The position numbers and the translations under genes were made by a program. Shown here one piece after another: positions 38,843 through 48,307 of a stretch of 64,000 bases of DNA. Each line of letters opens with the position of its first letter. Position 1 is the first letter of the stretch. The stretch comes from Minisyncoccia bacterium (GTDB lineage: Bacteria > Patescibacteriota > Minisyncoccia > SW-4-49-11): the NCBI GenBank assembly GCA_044356325.1, contig JBIKWJ010000002.1, positions 94,327 to 158,326 on the forward strand, in the 5' to 3' direction. The notes beneath the pieces were generated by a model. The model saw only the letters and a program-made list of their open reading frames with translations, searched no databases and was not told the origin of the DNA.

Positions 38843-40285
38843 ATGGACGAGAAACAAAGAGTTTGGAACTCCGTATTAGGTGAGATAGAGCTCAATATTA
38901 GTAAACCTCAGTTTAATACCTGGATCAAAAATACTTATCCTATAAGTATGGATGAGAAAGAAATTGTAATTTGCGTGCCAAGCGCTTTTACACGGGATTG
39001 GCTTGAGAATAAATTTAATGTTACTATTCTAAACTCTATTCAAAAGATTACTGGCTCTATAAAGCGGGTAAAATATGTCGTTCAGAATACGCAAAAACAA
39101 TCCCCAAAAGCTATTCAATCTGTTATTAATCTCAAAAATAAAGAATTAAAGGAGAAAAAGTCTAAAATTGAGGAGAAAGAGAAAACCCCATCTACGAATC
39201 CCCATTATCAATATGCTGAGCCTACTATTATCCCAGACAGACCAAGTGGAACGGCTCTCTTAAAAGATAATTATACCTTTGAGAATTTTATTGTGGGCTC
39301 CTCCAATGAACTTGCTCATGCTGCGGCTCAATCAGTTGCTAATGAACCTGGAACTCGATATAATCCTTTATTCATTTATGGTGGTGTGGGCCTTGGTAAA
39401 ACGCATCTTATTCAAGCTATTGCTAATAGTCTCAATAAAAAGAATAAGAATATTCTGTATGTTACCTCGGATGTATTCATCTCAGATTTGATGAATTCTC
39501 TCAAAAATGGGCGTATGGAAGATTTTAAAGCTCGGCATAGAGCTGTTGATCTCTTGATTATTGATGACATTCAATTTATCGGGGGTAAAGAAGCTACTCA
39601 ATATGAGGTTTTCAATACCTTTAATGATTTATATGCTCATAATAAGCAAATTGTGTTTACGAGTGATAGACCACCGAGTGCAATAAAGACCTTAAATGAT
39701 AGATTAAAATCTCGATTCGAAGGGGGTATGATTGTGGATGTTGCTATTCCAGAATTTGAAACTCGTGTGGCTATTCTCAAAAGTAAATGTATTCAAAAGA
39801 ATTTTCATCTTGATGATGCTATTATTTATGTTATTGCGGAGCGTATTCGAAGCAATGTGAGAGAATTAGAGGGAGCTCTCAATAAAATTATTGGGCGAGT
39901 ACAGCTGCTCGGTACTAAAGTTACTCCTGAATTAGTAGATAAACTGATTGAGGGAGGACAAATTCATTCTCAGCGTATTGTCAATAGTGATATGATTCTG
40001 GATATAGTAGCTAATCATTTTCATATTAACAAAGCTGATATATTATCTAAAAGCCGTAAAAAAGATATTGCGATACCGCGTCAAATTGCAATGTATCTCA
40101 TTCGAGAAGAATTAAAACTCACTTTCCCAAATATTGGAGAATTATTAGGGGGAAAAGATCATAGTACAGTTATGCATGCTTGGAATAAGGTAAAAAAGGA
40201 TATTGTAACTAATTATAGCCTTGAGCAAGATATTACTCTTATTAAGAATAAACTGTATAATGAAGAAAACCCTGTAAATTCTTAG
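38843..40285 (+). CDS. dnaA: Chromosomal replication initiator DnaA
   Basis: YNPLFIYGGVGLGKTHL, IDDIQF, NVRELEGA, DHSTVMHA motifs. Confidence 0.98.
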   Translation: MDEKQRVWNSVLGEIELNISKPQFNTWIKNTYPISMDEKEIVICVPSAFTRDWLENKFNVTILNSIQKITGSIKRVKYVVQNTQKQSPKAIQSVINLKNKELKEKKSKIEEKEKTPSTNPHYQYAEPTIIPDRPSGTALLKDNYTFENFIVGSSNELAHAAAQSVANEPGTRYNPLFIYGGVGLGKTHLIQAIANSLNKKNKNILYVTSDVFISDLMNSLKNGRMEDFKARHRAVDLLIIDDIQFIGGKEATQYEVFNTFNDLYAHNKQIVFTSDRPPSAIKTLNDRLKSRFEGGMIVDVAIPEFETRVAILKSKCIQKNFHLDDAIIYVIAERIRSNVRELEGALNKIIGRVQLLGTKVTPELVDKLIEGGQIHSQRIVNSDMILDIVANHFHINKADILSKSRKKDIAIPRQIAMYLIREELKLTFPNIGELLGGKDHSTVMHAWNKVKKDIVTNYSLEQDITLIKNKLYNEENPVNS

Positions 40286-40412
40286 AAATTAGTAGTGTTA
40301 TACTTGGATAAAACTACTAATTGACTTAATATAGTAAACAAAAAAACACTCCAACCACGATGGAAGGAGTGCGGGGGAGAGTTTAAAATATGGATTTAAA
40401 TGAATGAATTGT

Positions 40413-40628
40413 TTATACCTCAACAATTTTTGCATTTATTACTCTCATTATAGACTCGCCTCGTTGTTTTACCAAAACAGATGACCCTGTGCTTAAATCT
40501 ATCCTGGTCCTGTTGTTCGAATCGGCGACATATGATGCTGAAACAGCCACTATCAGATCTGGTCGAATGTAGACAGGCCCGTCATGGCTGGTCAGTGAAA
40601 GAAATTCAGTTTCGGTTGATTCGTCCAT
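40413..40628 (-). CDS. 71-aa hypothetical protein (ORFan cassette)
   Basis: Lies between a promoter (40655-40685) and terminator (40329-40384) that are duplicated in the next cassette. Confidence 0.65.
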   Translation of the reverse strand: MDESTETEFLSLTSHDGPVYIRPDLIVAVSASYVADSNNRTRIDLSTGSSVLVKQRGESIMRVINAKIVEV

Positions 40629-40654
40629 GGAAAAATCGGCGATGTTTACAAAAC

Positions 40655-41668
40655 TATATATACCACATTTTCCTAATTTTGTCAATAGTTGTTGTTATTT
40701 ATTTTTAACATTTACTATTGTCTATAGCATTATTAATTAATTTATTATTATATTTTGTTATGATTTTATATTTTTTATAGTTATGACATTATGTTTTTGT
40801 CCCCCTTTGCCTGCCTGCGGTAGGCAGGGAGGGGGAAGCATGAAAGGCGGGGGTGGATAAAAGTAAGTCCATATTCTAAATTTAATATTATTAGAAAATA
40901 TAAATAACTTTTATCTCTATCCACCTCCGGCACTTCGTGCCACCTCCTCCTAAGGAGGACAGAAGCTCAAATTACATACACACCCGCCGACTCTAAGAAT
41001 TTACCAATAATACTATAGTAAAATCCACCCACCCCGTCAGGCAACCCTGCCGATAGTACTTTCATATATAGAGATATTATATAGTTAATTGATATAGTAA
41101 ACTAAAAGCACTCCAACCAAGATGGAAGGAGTGCGGGGGAGTGTTTGTGAAACTCAATTCACGACTTTGTCTGCCTTGTCTTGCCTGAAAAACAAGATAT
41201 GAATCAGAGCAAGGGGGGTTGCAATGATCATAGCAACTGTGACCATAACTCTGGTCGAAGAAGGAAGTTTCATGACAGTAAAATGAACATACATTATATA
41301 TACCACATTTATCCGTTTTTGTCAATAGTTATTGTTATTTATTTTTAACATTTACTATTGTCTATAGCATTATTAATTAATTTATTATTATATTTTGTTA
41401 TGATTTTGTATTTTTTATATAGGTGTGACATTATGTTTTTTTGTCCCCCTTTGCCTGCCTGCGGTAGGCAGGGAGGGGGAAGCATGAAAGGCGGGGGTGG
41501 ATAAAAGTAAGTCCATATTCTAAAATTTAATATTATTAGAAAATATAAATAACTTTTATCTCTATCCACCTCCGGCACTTCGTGCCACCTCCTCCTAAGG
41601 AGGACAGAAGCTCAAATGACATACACACCCGCCGACTCTAAGAATTTACCAATCATACCATAGTAAAA
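40655..41668. repeat. ~370-bp direct repeat (40655-41023 and 41295-41668)
   Basis: Near-identical promoter, AT-rich block, type C with insert J, and type B. Confidence 0.92.
41154..41273 (-). CDS. 39-aa single-TM peptide (absent from ORF track)
   Basis: MKLPSSTRVMVTVAMIIATPLALIHILFFRQDKADKVVN, between the duplicated promoter and terminator. Confidence 0.6.
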   Translation of the reverse strand: MKLPSSTRVMVTVAMIIATPLALIHILFFRQDKADKVVN

Positions 41669-41670
41669 GC

Positions 41671-41814
41671 GGGCGACTGAAAGGTCGCCCCTACGAGTAC
41701 AGAAATCTCCACCCCGTCAGGCAAGCCTACCACCCCCTCCCAATATCTCTTCTCAAGAGCTAATGGGAGGGACTTAAAGCCCTCAATTTATCGACCGTAG
41801 GTGGAGAGGGGAAT
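41671..41814. repeat. REP D plus type A with nested inserts I and F
   Basis: Mirror of the 15443-15540 architecture. Confidence 0.8.
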
Positions 41815-41837
41815 TAAATACACAATTCCCTACCTAT

Positions 41838-42066
41838 TGTGTATAACCTGTGTATAACTTATACAAAATCCCTAAATTTCTGTGAATAATATTGTGTATA
41901 AATAGGACTTAATCCACAGAGTATTTTTAACCCTTACTTTATCCCCAAAGTTTCACAAGACTTATCCCAAATGATATCCCCACTTGACATACACTATTTA
42001 TGCGGGTAAAAACCAGTTTTCAGCTTTTCCACACAGACTACTATCTACTATTATACTTTATATAAA
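41838..42066. other. Replication origin oriC: DnaA boxes plus basal unwinding region with DnaA-trios
   Basis: TGTGTATAA at 41838, 41849 and 41893; TGTGAATAA 41881; TAATCCACA 41910; TTATCCCCA 41939; TTTTCCACA 42025 followed by ACTACTATCTACTATTATACT and an AT-rich stretch, just upstream of dnaN. Confidence 0.8.
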
Positions 42067-42152
42067 TAAAGGACAAAAAGACAAATAACCTAGAAAAAAG
42101 AAATTATTCAAGGTATAATACATATATAGAAATAGAATAAGATAGAGAAGAT

Positions 42153-43262
42153 ATGAAATTTACCTGTTTGCAAGAAAATCTTTTAAAGGGATTAAGTATA
42201 GCTCGCCAGAGTTCTTCTCGGGCTACAACATTACCTGTTTTACAAACCTTTTTATTACAAGGAGATAAGGGATCTCTTACTATTAGCTCCACCAATTTAG
42301 AAATTGGAATACGAGTACATATTAGAGGTAAAGAAGAAGCTGAAGGTGCTATTTGTATTCCTCAAGATACATTGCTTGCCTATATTCGAAATTTGCCTCA
42401 AGATAAATTAGATTTAACAGTAGTAGATGATAAACTCACTATAGAACAAGGAAAGGATATTACAGCTGAATTCAAAGGTATTATTGCAGATGAATTTCCA
42501 CAACTTCCTCAAATAGAAGCAGATAAGCAATTGGTAGTAGGAAGTACGGAACTCAAACAAGCTCTCAAAACAGTATATGGGGCTTTGCCTAAAAATGATT
42601 TCCGCCCAGAAATATCGGGAGTATATATTGCAAAAAAAGATCAGCAATTAATTTTTGTGGGAACTGATGGATTTCGCCTTAGTGAAAAAAGAATTACTCT
42701 TTCAAGTCCCGCTGAAGAGAATTTCTCTCTGATTATTCCAAGTAAAACAGTAGCAGAAATTATTCGAGTATTAGATTCTCTAGAAGAAATAGAAGTTACC
42801 CTTCAATTTGGAGCTTCTCAAATACATATTATTGCCGATACCGTTGAGATTATATCAAAATTAATTGAGGGAAATTTTCCTCAATATGAGGGACTTATTC
42901 CTCAAACATTTCAAACTGTTGTGGATGTGGACAGTCAAGAATTAGTACAGGCTATAAAATTAGCTTCGGTATTTTCTCAGAATACGGTTCATGATGTCAA
43001 ATTAACCATACAAGATGATAGTACTTTGAGTATTAGTTCTTCTGATTCTCAAGTTGGAGCTAATACCACCAAATTACCGGTGCATAGTACGGGAGAGACG
43101 GGACTTGCCGTTGCCTTTAATTATAATTATCTTTTAGATGGGATACAATTATTCGGTGATAAGCCCATACAATTCAATGTTAATGATACTGATTCTCCTG
43201 TTATTATCAAAAGTCCAGATATTCCTGATTTCTTTTATCTTATAATGCCAATTCGAGACTAA
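42153..43262 (+). CDS. dnaN: DNA polymerase III beta clamp
   Basis: STNLE, GTDGFRL, LIEGNFP, LIMPIR motifs. Confidence 0.97.
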   Translation: MKFTCLQENLLKGLSIARQSSSRATTLPVLQTFLLQGDKGSLTISSTNLEIGIRVHIRGKEEAEGAICIPQDTLLAYIRNLPQDKLDLTVVDDKLTIEQGKDITAEFKGIIADEFPQLPQIEADKQLVVGSTELKQALKTVYGALPKNDFRPEISGVYIAKKDQQLIFVGTDGFRLSEKRITLSSPAEENFSLIIPSKTVAEIIRVLDSLEEIEVTLQFGASQIHIIADTVEIISKLIEGNFPQYEGLIPQTFQTVVDVDSQELVQAIKLASVFSQNTVHDVKLTIQDDSTLSISSSDSQVGANTTKLPVHSTGETGLAVAFNYNYLLDGIQLFGDKPIQFNVNDTDSPVIIKSPDIPDFFYLIMPIRD

Positions 43263-43266
43263 ATAT

Positions 43267-44787
43267 ATGCTATCCCGAGTACAATCAGCTGCAACTCTAG
43301 GATTAAATGGGCAAAGAATAGAGATTGAAGTTGATATGACTCAGGGTTTACCTGGTATTACTATTGTGGGATTACCCGATACTGCTGTCAATGAGTCAAA
43401 AGAGCGTATTCGCCTAGGGCTTAAAAATAGTGGAATTATTCTTCCCCAAAAACGATTTGTCCTAAATTTAGCTCCAGCCGAGGTTAAAAAAATTGGAACA
43501 GCTTATGATTTACCTATGGCGGTTGCTATTCTTAAAGCTTTAGAATTAATTCAATTTCCAGAACAGGATTATATTATTCTTGGGGAAATGGGATTAGATG
43601 GTTCAATACGGGGGATACAGGGTATATTACCTATTGCGATATATGCCAAACAACAACATATACCATTTATTATTGTTCCTGCTGATAATGCGAAAGAAGC
43701 CTCCCTTGTAGAAGGTATTACTATTTTAGCAATTAATCATATACAAGAATTAATTGATCATTTTGATATTAAAGTAAATACCCAAATTCAAGCTACTCCT
43801 ACCTATAATTTTGTTCCTAAGCCACATATTTCAGATATAGATATGTCTTATATACGGGGACAAAAGCTTGCCAAGAGAGCCTTAGAAATTGCGGCCGCGG
43901 GAGCTCATAATATATTAATGACAGGTCCTCCAGGAGCTGGAAAAACATTATTATCTCGTACTATACCAACTATATTACCGATAATGGATCGTGAGGAAGT
44001 ATTAGAAGTTTCACAATTATATAGTATTGCAGGAAATCTTAATTCAGATAATCCACTCATAATTAGTAGGCCATTTCGAGCACCACATCATACCGCATCG
44101 TCCATTTCTTTAATCGGAGGCGGGAGTTTTCCTAAACCAGGCGAAATTAGTCTTGCTCATCGTGGAGTGCTCTATATGGATGAATTTCCGGAGTTTCCCC
44201 GATTAGTATTAGAAAGTTTACGACAACCATTAGAAGATAGAATTGTAACAATATCCAGGGCACAAGGATCTCTCACTTTTCCTGCCGACTTTATGCTGAT
44301 TGCCAGCCAAAACCCTTGCCCTTGTGGCTATCTTACCGATAATGATAGAGAATGTATTTGTTCTCAAGCTCAAATTGTACGGTATCAGCAAAAAATATCT
44401 GGTCCATTACTCGACAGAATAGATATGATTATTCAGGTAGAAAAAGTCAAAACAGAAGAGTTAATTAAGCCAACCGAAGTATTAGAAGAATCATCCGAAT
44501 CAATTCGTAATAGAGTAGAAAAAGCTCGCGCAATACAAAGACAACGATTTCAAGATATGGGAATTAAAACCAATAGTGAGATGAATATAAAACAAATTCA
44601 AGAAATTTGTATATTAGATAAAGCTTCACAACATCTTCTTACACAAGCGGTTAGTAAAATGAATTTATCCGCTCGAGCCTATAATAGAATTCTCAAATTA
44701 TCCCGTACTATTGCCGATATCGCTAACTCCGATAATATTCAAATCACTCATATTGCAGAAGCGCTACAATATCGTGAAAAAGTATAA
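43267..44787 (+). CDS. comM: ComM/YifB Mg-chelatase-like AAA ATPase
   Basis: IVGLPD, GPPGAGKT, RAPHH, GEISLAHRG, NPCPCG, SGPLLDRID motifs. Confidence 0.93.
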   Translation: MLSRVQSAATLGLNGQRIEIEVDMTQGLPGITIVGLPDTAVNESKERIRLGLKNSGIILPQKRFVLNLAPAEVKKIGTAYDLPMAVAILKALELIQFPEQDYIILGEMGLDGSIRGIQGILPIAIYAKQQHIPFIIVPADNAKEASLVEGITILAINHIQELIDHFDIKVNTQIQATPTYNFVPKPHISDIDMSYIRGQKLAKRALEIAAAGAHNILMTGPPGAGKTLLSRTIPTILPIMDREEVLEVSQLYSIAGNLNSDNPLIISRPFRAPHHTASSISLIGGGSFPKPGEISLAHRGVLYMDEFPEFPRLVLESLRQPLEDRIVTISRAQGSLTFPADFMLIASQNPCPCGYLTDNDRECICSQAQIVRYQQKISGPLLDRIDMIIQVEKVKTEELIKPTEVLEESSESIRNRVEKARAIQRQRFQDMGIKTNSEMNIKQIQEICILDKASQHLLTQAVSKMNLSARAYNRILKLSRTIADIANSDNIQITHIAEALQYREKV

Positions 44788-45131
44788 TTAAAGACTAAAA
44801 TTTTCAGCGTATTTACCAATAAGAGGAAGTTCTTTTTCTTCTCCAGATAAGGCATTAATAATTCCAATAATAAATAAAATAAGAGAAAGTATACTACCAA
44901 AAAATGCAATTAACCAACCTAATAGAGGAATAATACCAATAATACTAATAGCAACAGTAAAAACTAATAAAGTAAGAGATTGTTTCATATGAAACTTTAC
45001 AAAAGGAGAGTCTTTTTCTACGGTAAAATATCCAATAATAAAGAGAATATATAGCTAATAGCAGCAATATTCTTTTGTCTATTTGTTGGGACTACTATTA
45101 TTTTTTCAGAGGTCTTTTTTTCTTCACTCAT
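44788..45131 (-). pseudogene. Frameshifted DUF4870-like membrane protein
   Basis: MSEEKK..NIAAISY is in one frame and ILFIIGYFTVEKDSPFVKFHMKQSL..LPLIG in another; shift near 45050. Confidence 0.7.
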
Positions 45132-45188
45132 AATAATAGTATTAATATATTTTTAGTATACTCCTAATATATTATTATGTATATAGAG

Positions 45189-45455
45189 TGTATGAGATGA
45201 TGAGATTGTAGACAAAAGATATCACTATGTATTATTAGGCTACCAAATGTAGCTTGGTACAAAAATTGTCCTCCTTTGCCTGCCTGCGGTAGGCAGGGAG
45301 GAGGTGGCCGCCAGGCCGGAGGTGGATAGAGTTTAAGTTTTTACCTTATCCACCCCCACCTTTCAGGCTCCCCCTCCGAAGGGGGACAATATATGAGAAA
45401 CTATAAGGTAACCCCAATAAATCACAACTCGTCTACGATATAGCTCATCCTATAT
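45189..45455. repeat. Type B (insert J) and type C pair bracketed by inverted copies of motif H
   Basis: TGTATGAGATGATGAGATTGTAGAC at 45189; GTCTACGATATAGCTCATCCTATA at 45431. Confidence 0.7.
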
Positions 45456-45468
45456 ATAGGAAAAAATA

Positions 45469-46605
45469 TTATCTAGCTAAAGGATTGCGAGCTCCTCTTA
45501 CTTCAAAGTGAAGATGACATCCTGTTGAGTTACCAGTTGTTCCCATAGCTCCAATATATTGACCTTTGTTTACAGAATCTCCAACTTGTAAATCTCTACT
45601 ACTAAGATGGCCATAAAGGGTTATAACTCCATTAGGATGAGTGATTTTGATATGATTTCCATATCCACCATTCCATCCATTTTGAGAAGTAGTGACTACA
45701 CCTTCAGCTGAAGCATAAATAGGTGTTCCACAAGAATTACTAATATCTACACCATTATTTGAGTGAATTCTTCCATAATTGGTTCCTGTTGTGGGAAAAG
45801 CAAAATATCCATCATTACTAGAAAGATCTGCTGTTTTAGGTGCAGCAATAGGAGTTGTTTTTTTTGTAGCTACTTTTTTAGGTTGAACTGGAGCTTCGGT
45901 TGGGAAAGGTTTTTCCTCATTAGGGACTACAGCATTGGGAATAATAATAGTATTTCCAAGAGCCAAATTATCTCCAATATTATTATAATTTCTTATATTT
46001 TGCTCTGAAACACTATATTTTGAAGCTAAATCAGCTAAAGATTGTCCTTCTTTTAAAGTGATTTCAATACCATCTTCTGGAAGTATATCTAAATTAGTAT
46101 TAATAGCAGGAGTTTTCTTTAAGTCTTTAATATCATTTGCAATAGCAACTGTTTCTGATGAAATACCAAATTTTTGAGCAATACTATCAATGGTATCACC
46201 TGGTTGCACAATATATTCTCGTGTTACAGGAGTAGCAGATTCTTTGGTATATCCTTCAGGTGCATTGAGGGCATTAATAATATTAGAGTTTACAACTGGA
46301 ATATCAGGATTAGACTCTTCGTCACTAGGAAGTCCAAGTACTCCATTACCTTGGAGTACTCCAACGGATCCAAGAGATGCATCAAGAGGTCCTCCTAAAT
46401 TGGTATTAGAAAGAAGAGTTGACCCAAGAGGAAGTTTTCCTGCATAGGCTATATTACTAAATACGACTAATCCTACTACAAGAGTAAGAATAATCCAACT
46501 AATTTTATCTTGGCTATGCCTTGTGGCATTTTTTATGAATCGTGTCACCTGGTTTTTGGATAATTGAAAAACAGACGTACTAATAGGATTCTTAACTAAA
46601 TACAA
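45469..46605 (-). CDS. LysM plus M23 peptidase
   Basis: YIVQPGDT LysM; HSNNGVD, GGYGN, YGHL, STGCHLHFEVR motifs. Confidence 0.92.
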   Translation of the reverse strand: MYLVKNPISTSVFQLSKNQVTRFIKNATRHSQDKISWIILTLVVGLVVFSNIAYAGKLPLGSTLLSNTNLGGPLDASLGSVGVLQGNGVLGLPSDEESNPDIPVVNSNIINALNAPEGYTKESATPVTREYIVQPGDTIDSIAQKFGISSETVAIANDIKDLKKTPAINTNLDILPEDGIEITLKEGQSLADLASKYSVSEQNIRNYNNIGDNLALGNTIIIPNAVVPNEEKPFPTEAPVQPKKVATKKTTPIAAPKTADLSSNDGYFAFPTTGTNYGRIHSNNGVDISNSCGTPIYASAEGVVTTSQNGWNGGYGNHIKITHPNGVITLYGHLSSRDLQVGDSVNKGQYIGAMGTTGNSTGCHLHFEVRGARNPLAR

Positions 46606-46806
46606 GGAATTCGAACTTCAAAACGGAATAAACAGACGAATGTTTTGATTCAAAATCAACCTTGTCTAATGATTTTAGATTCAAAAATAGTATACAATAA
46701 TTGGTTTAATTTGTCAATAAAAAAGCTATAATTTGGCTTATATATGGCATTTTTAATAATATAAAATCATATATATGATACAATAAACAGGAGAATATAT
46801 AATACT

Positions 46807-47688
46807 ATGTTACAAAAAGAAAATAATCAGCAAAAAAAGTTCTTTCAGGACAAGTCAATAGCAGTAAAATCTAAACAAAGGACTGCTACTTTATGGCATA
46901 AATATAATAAAATATTTGCCATTAGTATCATATTTTTGACCTTATCTTGTATATATATTTTTTTAGATAAAAATATATATACAGAACAAAATATAATTGT
47001 GAATCACAATTATGATACGGGAGATAACACAGAGGCTCAAGATATAAATCAAACCATAAAAGCCAATAAAGAGATTATAAATAATGATAATAACACCAAG
47101 TATACCAAATTATTAAAAGTCATTGCAGTAATAGATGGTGATACGATTAAAGTAAGTGATTTAGGAACAATACGATTAATTGGAATAGATACTTCAGAAA
47201 CGAGAGATCCACGTAAGCTAATACAATGTTATGGTGAGGAGGCGAGTAATAAGGCAAAAGAATTATTAGATAATCAAGAAGTATATTTAGAATTTGATCC
47301 AGCAAATAGAATAGATAAATATGGAAGAACACTCGCTTATATATATCGAAAAGATGGATTATTCTATAATGCTGAGATGATAAAACAGGGTTATGCCAAT
47401 TCTTATACCAAATTTCCTCATCCCAAACTTGAAGAGTTTAATGAGTATCAAAAAGAGGCTAGGGATAATAATAGAGGATTATGGTCCCCAAATACCTGTA
47501 ATGGGGATACAAGTAAGGCTGTAGCTGAAAGGTTAAAAGCAGAACTAAATATACAGAGTAGTCAGTATATTCTCGGAGATTGTGATGTACTTAATGCAAA
47601 GGGGATGGGTAATTTTACTCAAAAAAACCCCAATTATCGGCTCAGTCGCGATAAAGATAAAGATGGTATTGCTTGTGAAATGAATTGA
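46807..47688 (+). CDS. Thermonuclease (SNase) with C-terminal excalibur Ca-binding domain
   Basis: VIDGDT, RLIGIDT, DKYGRTLAY; DKDKDGIACE. Confidence 0.9.
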   Translation: MLQKENNQQKKFFQDKSIAVKSKQRTATLWHKYNKIFAISIIFLTLSCIYIFLDKNIYTEQNIIVNHNYDTGDNTEAQDINQTIKANKEIINNDNNTKYTKLLKVIAVIDGDTIKVSDLGTIRLIGIDTSETRDPRKLIQCYGEEASNKAKELLDNQEVYLEFDPANRIDKYGRTLAYIYRKDGLFYNAEMIKQGYANSYTKFPHPKLEEFNEYQKEARDNNRGLWSPNTCNGDTSKAVAERLKAELNIQSSQYILGDCDVLNAKGMGNFTQKNPNYRLSRDKDKDGIACEMN

Positions 47689-47693
47689 TTTTA

Positions 47694-47969
47694 TTAAAGA
47701 TTATCAATAGTTTTTGCTAAGACTATATCTTTGTCTGTAATACCTCCAATATCATGAGTACTAAGATAAATTTCTACATAACCCCAACCGAGATTAATAT
47801 CTGGATGATGCCCTTGTTCTTCTGCAATTTTCCCAATTTTATTTACTAAATCTAAAGCTTCTGCAAAAGTATTGAGTTCAAAACGACGAGATAATAAATC
47901 TTGATTCTCGGATAATCTCCAATTAGAGTTTAACTCGGATAAAACCTCATTTATATTGATATTAGACAT
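47694..47969 (-). CDS. Pterin-4-alpha-carbinolamine dehydratase
   Basis: AEEQGHHPD, STHDIGG.T.KD motifs. Confidence 0.9.
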   Translation of the reverse strand: MSNININEVLSELNSNWRLSENQDLLSRRFELNTFAEALDLVNKIGKIAEEQGHHPDINLGWGYVEIYLSTHDIGGITDKDIVLAKTIDNL

Positions 47970-48067
47970 AAGAGTAATAATTATTATATATAGTATATCA
48001 AAGTATTATCTCTTTACAAAGAGGGAGAAATAGTGTATTGTGTTTAAGGTCTTTTTTGAACATTCAA

Positions 48068-48262
48068 ATGCTCAGTCTATCCAATCAACCAGGTAGTAGA
48101 GTCTCTTTTACAAGAGCAGAAGTTCTGAGAATCCTTCAATCATTGCCAAGACAATTCGCCCTCACCGGGAATGGTTGGAATCTGAAAGGGTCTTTTCCGT
48201 CATTGGAACTCAATCCTGAATTCATATTACAAAGGTTGGAGAAAGACTTGCCTCGTGTTTAG
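48068..48262 (+). CDS. Small hypothetical protein (ORFan cassette)
   Basis: TTTACA..TAGTGTATTGT promoter; terminator at about 48279-48305. Confidence 0.5.
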   Translation: MLSLSNQPGSRVSFTRAEVLRILQSLPRQFALTGNGWNLKGSFPSLELNPEFILQRLEKDLPRV

Positions 48263-48307
48263 ATCGCATGTTCTTAAATAGCCTCTCGTTTAGAGAGGTT
48301 ATTTCTT

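Noticed and set aside
1439-45389. CRISPR array made of the palindromic repeats
   Set aside because: Copies are dispersed, inverted and irregularly spaced, and no cas genes are present.
2194-48305. Classical integron cassette array
   Set aside because: No integrase or recognisable attC sites; the ORFs have their own promoters, both orientations occur, and they are dispersed.
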